Assembly (NCBI GenBank): GCA_910592345.1
Contig: CAJVPI010000262.1
Location: 1 to 38,221, forward strand
Source: Paraglomus brasilianum
Lineage: Eukaryota
Direction of reading: 5' to 3'
DNA: 38,221 nucleotides
Below the pieces are notes generated by a model that made no database searches, was not told where the DNA came from, and saw nothing but the letters and a program-made list of their open reading frames with translations. Position 1 is the stretch's first letter, and every line of letters begins with the position of its first letter. Shown here piece by piece: positions 1 through 10,012 of the stretch. Made by a program: the position numbers and the translations under genes.

Positions 1-2956
1 TACAAATCTTTTTGGGTCTAGTTATAGCTTGTCGATTGCGTTGCTTGACAGTCATAATTGGGTTATGTCCTGTATAATCAGTTTCCTTCGATTTATGTCT
101 TCTGCGTTTGCGTGGTGGCGGATTAGCCACAGCTTGTGTAGTTTCTGAGAGATTAATGCTTTGTTTCTCGCGGCTCATTGCTGATATTTCCAATATCAGC
201 AATGAGGCGAGTGTCAGTGTATTTATCAGAAACCGCGATGCTGCTGCTTTCGTGATACAACATCTTCGGAGCTCATTCCCCGAACGCTATAAATTGGTTT
301 GCTGTTGTAAAAAGTTGTTAAACAAATAGGACAACATGAGCTTATTAAATATTCCTACATGTACCGATATTTATATATTATAATGCCATTCTAGTAATGA
401 TAGTGTCATATAAATACTATAAATAACGTTATCAAATCCGGGGTATCATTAAAAATCCCTATTAAACACTCTGTCAATTACAGCCATTTTGTTAACCCGT
501 TTTCCTTTCAAAGACTCGGCTTATGAATGAAACTTGTGATTTACTTGTGTAACACTTTGTACCTTTGTACCTCGGATAATCCAGTTATTAATCTTATACT
601 ATTTATTTATATTGTTTATTTTTAGAACACCCAACAAAATAGCAGATGCAACATTGACTATTGAAAATTATTTTCTTCATGTGACCTACTGTATATTATT
701 ATTCAAGACATCATATCATTATGATAAACATATTTGTAAATGCTTAGCTACTTTTGTATTGATGTTGGAATTCCGCAAACAAAATAATCTTAATAACAGT
801 CAGTTCTGTTCTCTTCAACCCATATTTACGGGCCGTCTTGGTAACGTGCTTAACCCAGATCACGTTTATCTTAATAGCTTGTTTATTATCTACGGTTGGT
901 CCACCACATTTCTTAATCCTACCATATGTCTCTATCAAGGCGGTACAGATTTCAAATCCAAATTTGTTATTCTTCGGATTATCGCGAAGCTAACAACGAG
1001 AAAATTTCAAACATGACAGACAATTAGACACAAGATGTGTCATAAAGAAATTGTATTATTCATTCACTCATTGTGATCGTATAGCTCGCTTTATCACATA
1101 TCCTTTTTCATATGTTCGATGGCGTTTAAAACGATTTGGGGAATACTTTGATTAACTAAAAACAGGCCATCAAGCGCTTTTATAAAAGCCAAATTTGTAG
1201 TATCAATAATGCATCACATCATTATTGCTTGAATGAACAAGTGATCAATGACAACTCATATAGTTCTGCGATGTGACACAAGGACCCCCAAGTTTTTGTT
1301 TGATATCATAGTCATCTTTATTTGCCTTATCATTATTGTTCTTTTTACCAAAGCCAAATGAAGGGGGGGTCCATTTCGCCGACAATCAACTGCAAATAGG
1401 ATAACTTCGAATAATGATGGTGAATATTTGTCGGTGAAATGATTGCCTCCCGGGAAAACTTTAATACCTAACGCTTTGTTATGTAAATGTTGTAGTACCT
1501 TGTTAAATATAAAAATCAAAAGAATGATAGGGATGCTGCGCATAATGACTCGATACTTTATACTTTTAAGAGACAACTAGGCTTTGTTTAAAGCTATTTC
1601 AAGTGTAAAATGATTGAATAAAAAAATTTAAACAATAGTCGCTGCGAAAGTTCCATCCCTTTTAACTAACTTTACACATCACAAGATTAGTTCATAGATG
1701 CTAAATCTCAGCATGTAATAGTAGCTGGTAAGTTTGTATTTCTCTCACCTGATGGATGGGCCACAGAAAAAGTGTCGCACTTGATAAAAAATTTACCATT
1801 TATTAAGTAAATGAACAAAACATTACGTAGTTATAGTTCCAACGGTAGAGTTGCAAACCCTTTCCCTCTCGTTAGGAAATAAATTCTGAACAATAGATAA
1901 CTCGAATGGCCCACTCGAAACGCTTATTGTCGAATAAATTAGAATTCAGATCTCTAAAAGGATAAGAATACAGTGCATTGCTTGCAGCATTGGGAAGGAA
2001 AGAACAAATACACCGCAACAATCTAATGGATTGATAATATAAGCCCAAAGGGTTAGATGTTATTCTAATTAAAATCACCATATTGAACAAATAAAATAGA
2101 TTGATAAAAACTTAAACAGGGGTAGCGCTTACTAATATCCGATCCCGCTCAGTTGCTGGAATTCACGCTACAAGCCGTTTTTGACGAACGTAAATTCGGC
2201 GCCAAGGCAAGTTAATTAGAACTTGGTCAAACTATCTGAGAGCGAGTCCTAAATAAAACTTACTCTATCGTTTTACTTGACGGATATTCATATTCAAGTA
2301 GAACCGAGCTGCAAAATGGCGGAGCCGATTGTACGACACAAAGTCGGGCGGATGTGGCTTGTACCCGAAATTTATCATTTCCCATTATGGAAGATAAGAT
2401 TGTATTTGTAATATGAATTGATATTACCGACCACCTATTCCCCAATCCAGACGAAATCTGATTAAATATTTGATAAACATTGATTTCAAGTAATAGCAAA
2501 GAGTTCTGTAACACTGTGGCGGAGCTTAAAAGCAAAATTGCTTAGCATACAGTCGGCAGATAGTAATCGTTTACATACGAATAATGCCTCCTTTCAAAAT
2601 CTGATAACTTGATATGAATTAGCTGGTTTTAACAAGTGCCCATAGAAACTTTTTCTGGACAATAGTTTATTATTCCAGATTTTTTTTTTTACATTTTTAG
2701 AAAAGCGCATTGTTACAGTGTGATATACTATGTACAAAAATACTTGATAGTCTTGACTGTTTTCCAAAGACAGCGTCAATAAAACCATGTGGGTATGCTT
2801 GGTATATTGGCAATAAATATGAGAAATGATTAATTAAATATTCTAAAACTTGTATTACAAGCATTAATCGATAGAAGGTTTCGAAAGAAAAATGGTTAAT
2901 GCGGACAATTCATTGCGCTGTTCAAATAGTAGTAGTTTTAATTTTGAATTCCCATA

Positions 2957-3146
2957 TTTTGCATCAATGTTAATCAATATTTAGTGTAACTCTTACTATT
3001 ACTATTATTGCTATTACTATTGCTTAAAATCAAAGATTAATTCTAGTCTCTAATTTCAAGAATGAGTAAAGGGTATAATTTTAATAATTTCTATAAACAT
3101 AATTAATAGTTAAGTAAAAATAATAAGTGATTACATTGATGCAAAA
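2957..3146. mobile_element. Putative MITE-like element (about 190 bp, AT-rich, with ~19-bp terminal inverted repeats)
   Basis: Left TTTTGCATCAATGTTAATCA (2957-2976) is the reverse complement of right TGATTACATTGATGCAAAA (3128-3146) apart from one extra T. The interior has a TACTAT-type microsatellite. No clear target-site duplication. Confidence 0.5.
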
Positions 3147-3265
3147 GACATGTTTTTCATAAATTAACCGATTCGAATGGTATTTTTGCAAATCACCCCT
3201 AATGGGCCGATTTAGGACACAGACATAAGGATGTCTGTGTCCAGCGCAGATTTTTAGCGCAATGG

Positions 3266-3793
3266 TCACAACTCATTGTAAATGACAAGTAGTTGTTGTG
3301 ACCATGCAATAGCTACATTGTCTAGCTTATAAAATTTTTTTGAAAAACAATTTTCTTTTTTAAAACTGAATACAAGTACGATAGCTATGTTATAATGTAT
3401 GTCCACTCTCAAAACTTGTAAAATAGACTGAAAATGTTCGTTTCGAATGTCTGTTTTCGCCTGGCCGCTCCATAATGGCCCGGTAGAGAAATAGGCCAAC
3501 TCGTTCCCGCAAAGAAAACCTTGTCTTCTATTACATTTCGATAGGCGCTTGTCGAACGGACGGACGAGAATCTCTGTTGGCATCGATTTATAGGTTTCGC
3601 TCTGAACTTGGTTTGTATCAAAACCAATGCTACCCGTGCCGTAAACTGGCCGAACGCCAACAAGTTTGATATCAAAATTTCCAAATCCAGGTACTAGTTC
3701 TTCGGGAAATGGATAACGGACAGCGCCAACGTCGATGAATTTACCAAAGCGGATTAGTCGTTTGCCGATTTTGACGGCACAAAACAACGACAT
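3266..3793 (-). CDS. Orphan intronless ORF, 175 aa from ATG at 3793 (unknown product, possibly a decayed or foreign gene)
   Basis: Longest ORF in the left 14 kb. ATG is in an AAAAAAATG context, the 3430-3790 core is visibly more GC-rich than its flanks, and the peptide looks globular (MSLFCAVKIGKRLIRFGKFIDVGAVRYPFPEELVPG...). No family recognised. Confidence 0.35.
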   Translation of the reverse strand: MSLFCAVKIGKRLIRFGKFIDVGAVRYPFPEELVPGFGNFDIKLVGVRPVYGTGSIGFDTNQVQSETYKSMPTEILVRPFDKRLSKCNRRQGFLCGNELAYFSTGPLWSGQAKTDIRNEHFQSILQVLRVDIHYNIAIVLVFSFKKENCFSKKFYKLDNVAIAWSQQLLVIYNEL

Positions 3794-6700
3794 TTTTTTA
3801 ACCGATGACTGGGGGAATTTTTGTGTCAAGTATTGTACGATACAAATAAAAAGGCTGGGGGTTTTTTTCAAACAATTGTTGGTGTTTTGAGTTTTAAAAA
3901 AGCGTTTCGCTTTTGAGCGTAAAAATTGAGCATTGCTTGCATTTTATTGTAAAGGATTCCCAAGTCAATTATCCAACTTGGGGCATAACGTTACCGATAT
4001 AGTGTTTATTATCGGTGCCGTATGAGAATACCGTCAGAATAACGGATGACAATACATCGAGTTGCTTTGTTATTTGTAGTACAGCTAAGGGGAACGTAAC
4101 TGAGAGCTAACCATAATAATAATGCATCTCAAAGGTACCAGTAAGCTTCTTTTTTTTTTTCTAAAAAAAAAAAAAGAGTAGATTTCAAGCCACACGTTTC
4201 GCTGTAAACCCATTGCTCCCTAATGCGTACAAAGATGGACCAGTTAAACTTGAACGATTTATGAACTTGGTTATCGAGTAATTTAGTCAACTGTTATCAC
4301 ACGTTGAAGAGTTAAAAAATCCGTTGATCAATACCTTATCTGGGGGGATTCATGCATTCCGATTCCAGTATACTCTGAAAGTTCGCACGTGTGACAACAG
4401 TAAACGTTATTCTTTGTGGGCGATGTATATTAGCAGCTGCACACACATATGTTTCCGTTTTGCATTGATAACCAGAGAACCTTTGTTTGGCTGTGCAAGC
4501 CCCCCATTCAATGCAAATTGCTGTAATGGTACACCATCATGCGGTAGGTTGTAAGAACTTTATCAACCATTGGAATATTGTCCAAAAAACACATTAAACA
4601 TTCGCAGGCGGATGTCTTAAAAGCATCTGTTGACACCAAGATAATCTGTGATTGTTAATGAAGTAATATTTGGACAATGACAACTACCCCCAGAATAATT
4701 CTTTGTTTCTGCCAAACACAATGCATAGACCCAGTTACACCGTCGTTTTGTCGATTAAGGGTTTCCACTGTATCCCGATGGATTGGCCAGGCTAAACAAC
4801 GAAAGAGTGTACGAAAAGTTTCCAAATATCACATACTGGATCCATCTTGGACTGATACTGTCACGCAACCTACACAGCCAGCCAAGAGAGATCTTACATA
4901 ATCCCGTAAATAGTTGATTATCAAACATACAATCCCGATGCGATGCTGTATTCCCTCTAAAAACAGATACTATATGCAGGCTTGTATTTACAGTCTCATG
5001 ATTGGCATGCGGAGACTGACAATTCACCGACATTTTACCCACAGTTCTATTGTGACTTATCACTTGACCCCACCTTTGCATTTTTGTTATGCATTTACGC
5101 TCATGCTATTATTCTTAGAACTGAAAACTGTTGTCTGTTTCGCAAACAGGGTGTCTTCAAATACACAGCCTGCCAAAAATATAATAATAAGCACAACACT
5201 AATAAAACATAGCATAACCCTTTAATTTTGAAAATATTTATTGTCCATACGCACTATGTTCACTGTGACGACTATTTTTTCGGATTGCCCACTTAAAAGG
5301 ACTGAATCTATTAATATCATCCATTATTTATGTTGCACACAGATTTTCATATCACATGTGTAACATAAGACGATCACTTCATCGAGCTAGTTAATTCCAT
5401 ACAACCACTATTCTTTTTCGAAAAACACAATCAATTAACTTCAAACTGATAATGGGACACATAGTACGTATGAACAATAGAGAATTTCGAAATTAAAAGA
5501 TTTTTCATATAGTTTACTGCTAAGATTATGTGTTGTACATGTATTTTGGCAAGATGGTACGTACGTATATACTTGATTGAGATCAACACCTTGCATATTT
5601 GATGTGGCTAAGACATTGTTAATCGACTCATCCAGAACAAGTCCTCAGAGTATCAGGCTCGTTAATCCTTACTATACTGGACTTTTGGTCATGTTGGATA
5701 ATCATTAAGAATGCCACGAACTAGATACCACAAACTGTGTCGAAAAGTTTTTTTCCCGACAGCCTGTCTATTTGAGAACATCACTACTGCTTGGAAACCG
5801 TAAAGCAATGTGGAATGGGTTATCAGGAAGGAACATGATTGTCAATACCGAACCCTTAAAATTACCATACGTATAATAGTAGCGTCATAATTCTTCTTCC
5901 ATATGTAATTATATATTTTAGTTAAGAGTACTCACAGAACTTTATCAACGTTATGAGGCGCGAGCATCATGTATATCCTATGATTGAGCTATGATTGCTA
6001 AGCTCGATATACAAGTTTACAGTCTACGTAAGACATTATTACAACACCGGATACTAATACAAGGTCTTGTCACTTATTCGTCAGACGACAGGTCTATAAA
6101 AGGTTAACTCAAAATTATGACATTATCATGTGACTTCAACGCACACATCACTTTGAAAAAATTTATTGACTAGTGAAAATATAATTTTTGTAGCAGAAAA
6201 GCTTCAAGTTCTTCACTTACACTGTATAAAATTTTCATTCGGACATGCCAACTGAGAATATCAACATAACCGTCCATTGGATGAGATAAACTAGCACAAA
6301 CACGTTTCAACTCTTTTATTGCTCAGTACGATTGTGACCGTTAATAATAGCCCAATGCATTTTATCAAGCGAGACTATTGTTATAATAAATCAAGCACTG
6401 CTATTACTCGGTAATATGTGTATAATTACGTAATTGTTGATGTATGCAAGCGAGCGAGCGAATTAGAATCGAGGGGTTCGTTCGATATAGAAAATTTTCG
6501 GAAGTAATAGTCCGTGCCCTTTGTATATTTGATGATCCGACTTGCATGAGTCGGATAACTTCTCCGTTGCATATATATTATAGACACTCTTCTGCGGGCC
6601 TACTTCTTCATGGCTTCTTCGGCTACTATTCTATTGACTTAATCTAACCCCCTTTCTAATTGAGTGGCGCAGCTGTTATATGGGACTGTGCTGTTTCTAT

Positions 6701-7659
6701 GATAGGCAGGCTAAAAGTAGATACTTCTCTTAAATACCTGATAAGAGTATTAAAACGTCTTTATTTTCCAACGTTTCTATTGTCCGTCTATACTACATTC
6801 TTAACAATGATAATTGATGGTACTTTTTAAAAAGAATAATAAGGTCCTGGTACATAATTACACATATTACACTGTTTCGTAGTCACCTGTATATACCGCC
6901 AATTTACCCAAACGACAATTTTATAAGCTATTAGTTTCAACACGATACAAAGGCTTTGCTACTTACATAGCATATACAGACAATATGTCTGAAAACAAAC
7001 GTTTCATATGGTTTACTATGAATAACAGGAATTGCCAATACGTTTGTCAAGTGAGTGTACACAACTAATAGAAACAAACGTAATAAACACGTTTATTCAA
7101 TTTTCAAGATTTTTATTCCATGCAAGCAGGAAAGCTTTTGAGGATGCAAATAATGAAACCAGCAAGTATAATTAACGTAACGAGAAACCAATTACCAAAA
7201 GTTGGAAAAAAACGTAGCAGTGAGAATATATGTATTCAACAACGTTTAGAAGTAAATATGGCACTGGTTCTAGTGTCCGATACTAAGCAAGGAGGAGGAA
7301 GGGGTGTACTATACTTGAGGGGGTAACTAGAACCAGTGCGATACGGTATTGGAAAAGAAAGTTTGCCCCTGCACGCCTCACAAATATTTTTTTAAAATGG
7401 TGAGTACCCAATTCAGCAGGCGATTGTGAACGCACTAATAATAAGAACCAAACATTTGTGAAACAATGCACAAGTGACACGGAAATTGGGGGTAAGAATC
7501 ATTTCATGTTTATTAATGTGATCATTGTATATTAACATACAGCATATTTATGATATCAATGAAGAAGACAAAAGTTTCTTATAACACAATTTCCTTGCAT
7601 AAATTAGCCGATTCGAGCAAACAAATTCTTCTTAATCGTGTTCAATACTGCCAAGAATT

Positions 7660-7943
7660 CGTCAGTAGTAGATTTTGTCCGTATCGCGAGAATTCGATTT
7701 CCTGCCACAAATGATACTTTTATATTTCCGGCTTGCGCCCCATATGGTCGTGGAATGGCGTCAGTCTAAAGCTTGGTTTTATTTGAGAGTGACCAACATC
7801 CGTCAGTGGTAGATTTTGTCCGTATCGCGAGAATTCGATTTTTCGTGCTGCATATTTCCACAAATGATACTTTTATATTTCCGGCTTGCGCCCCCATATG
7901 GTCGTGGAATGGCGCCAGTCTAAAGCTTGGTTTTGTTTGAGAG
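7660..7943. repeat. Tandem duplication of about 130 bp (7660-7789 and 7801-7943)
   Basis: Both copies read CGTCAGT(A/G)GTAGATTTTGTCCGTATCGCGAGAATTCGATTT...CCACAAATGATACTTTTATATTTCCGGCTTGCGCCCC...GGTCGTGGAATGGCG(T/C)CAGTCTAAAGCTTGGTTTT(A/G)TTTGAGAG. Copy 2 has a ~12-bp insertion. Confidence 0.92.
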
Positions 7944-9033
7944 CGGCTAGCGTTATATAAAGAAGTTGATGTTGAGCCTAGGCCTTCTTTTCCGCCCCGA
8001 ATTTTGAATGGATGGCGTTAAAAACTTTGGATTCGAGAACTCGTGTTGTGCATATTTAGCGGGGCGACAGCGGTTGAATATTCCCGACTGTCTGGAAACG
8101 AACTATTTAGCAGTACGTGACTTTGTACGTTGATCTCTCGGTTCATATTTTTCACAAGAGTTCTGTGTACATGTACTGCGCCAGGTTGCTAGTGAGGTAC
8201 GCCCGAGGCTGGTAACAGAGCAGGGAAAACTCGCAGTACTGAGTGGCAAGGAGGTAGCACGCATGAGTGATGTTGTGTCAAGGGTGCTGTGTTTTGATTC
8301 GACTGTCATTTATCAATCGTATGTGTTGACAAATAAAGAACGCAAATCTCCAGGTTGTTAGTGAGTGTTGTTCTCAAGTGTTGTGTTGGTGACCATACAA
8401 TAAATAACTATGTTGGTGGCATATAGTTTTTTTTTTATCAAGAAACAGTGCGAGCAGCCGCATCAAAATGCATGTTTTGATTTGTGGTCTGAGACTATTT
8501 ATATTATTTTCGCGATCTTGATTCTCGAATGGGGAAGGGGGGGGTTTATTGACCTTGCGTAATCTATATTTAGCCTGTAGTGGTTTTACCCGGAACAAAC
8601 GACGTTCGTATCACCGAATCGCACACCAGCTACGTTTCCTGCTCGTGCGACCGCGTGCTTGGTTTACCAGGTATGTCTCGTAACAATAACTCATTATTAT
8701 GCAACTGCGCAAGTACAACATTTGTGCTACAAACCGTTTGTCATTGCGTCTCTTTATTAAGTTATTATGGATACCGATTAGTAAATTTTAAAGTGCTGGT
8801 TGGCGTCATTGTTTTCAGAACGCATGGAACAGAGCTTCTTTGTTTGCGTTCATTTGTTCGCGAAATATTCGTCTGCGGATAAATTCATGTGGACGGCGTA
8901 ACTCCAATTTGGAATTGACATTATTCTCATTATCACCATCTGCTTGAATCTTCTTGGTAGAATAATAGAAGCGAGTTCTAAGTAAGAATGGAAGCCTGCA
9001 ATAATATGTTACACATGACGCTTTGTATGGTCA

Positions 9034-9099
9034 AATTATGTAATGCATCCATCGAAAAGTCTTCTTCAATTATGTAATTGCATCCATCGAAAAGTCTTC
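9034..9099. repeat. Short tandem duplication (2 x ~31 bp)
   Basis: AATTATGTAA(T)TGCATCCATCGAAAAGTCTTC at 9034-9064 and 9068-9099. Confidence 0.9.
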
Positions 9100-9551
9100 A
9101 AGAATAGCCAGACTGCATCGACGTTTGGTTGGTTATATTTTATCTAACCACAGTGTCATGTAGGTAATTTTGAACATAATCAAAGTAAACGAAACCATAT
9201 AGCTGATGGTTCTATGTGTGAAGTGTGCTACAAACGTTGACATTTTGTTTGCTCAATAAAAGCTAAGCCTACATATCTACATTCGAATAGACAATGAAAG
9301 AAGTTCTTTCGTTTATAGTAGACAAGTGTACTGGACGCAGGGGTAACAATGTTGGTTGTCCTCTAAATTGTCGATACAATTGCATAATGAGTACGCATAC
9401 TGCATAATTAAGTTAAAAACGTAAGACGTTTATTTATAATATAGCATTGTTATTACACGGCAATTTTTACAGTACAGTGCAGCTATTTGATTTTCCAGCT
9501 ATCTAATTTTCTAGTTACACACACAAAGCATACTCTGTCTATATACTAGAA

Positions 9552-9581
9552 TAAAAATAATAAGTGATTACATTGATGCAA
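9552..9581 (+). repeat. Exact 30-bp dispersed copy of 3115-3144 (right end of the MITE-like element)
   Basis: TAAAAATAATAAGTGATTACATTGATGCAA occurs at both 3115-3144 and 9552-9581; the flanks differ. Confidence 0.85.
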
Positions 9582-9652
9582 TATCCCCGCCCCCCGGCCC
9601 CCCGCATGGCGGGTAGTCATCAGAAGAGCTAATGACGTGAGTCTGTGCTCTC

Positions 9653-10012
9653 ACCAATATGCCTTCGGATTTTCGGCATTGGTCGTTTCTTCCTGAAAAC
9701 ACAAACCGAATATGCCTTCGGATTTTTGGTCTCGGACAAGTCGTTTCTTACAAAGACACAGACCAAATATGCCTTCGGATTTTTTGCCTTGGGACAAACT
9801 GTTTCTTCCTAAACAATCGGATTTTCGGTCTTGAAGGACAGATCGTTTCTTCCTGAAAGGTTGGATTTCGACCTTGGGACAGGCCGTTTCTTCCTGAACG
9901 ATCCTGAAAGATACTGAAAATTTTGAATTTGCCTTTGGATTTTCAGTCTTTGTCAGGTCGCTTTTCCGATATGCTTTCGGATTTTCTTCGACGGGTCGTT
10001 CTTTCCGAAGAT
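9653..10012. repeat. Degenerate tandem array of about 7 units of ~40-60 bp
   Basis: Recurrent blocks ATATGCCTTCGGATTTT and GTCGTTTCTTCCTGAA are separated by a variable GG(T/C)CTTGGGACAG-like middle. The best-conserved units start near 9653, 9706 and 9763. Confidence 0.85.

Noticed and set aside
4148..4177. T11-CT-A13 palindrome resembling a terminator
   Set aside because: Low-complexity homopolymers in a eukaryotic intergenic region, with no associated gene.
4740..4800. Tc1/mariner-like words (STVSRWI; MDWPG)
   Set aside because: They lie in different frames, with no SPDLNPIE or DDE context.
9600..9650. Hammerhead ribozyme core (CTGATGA on the minus strand near 9616-9622)
   Set aside because: No GAAA follows the adjacent stem and no stem I/III pairing is evident.
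9653..10012. CRISPR-like repeat-spacer array
   Set aside because: The variable parts are homologous to each other, unit lengths are irregular, the repeats are not identical, the context is eukaryotic and no cas-like ORF is present.
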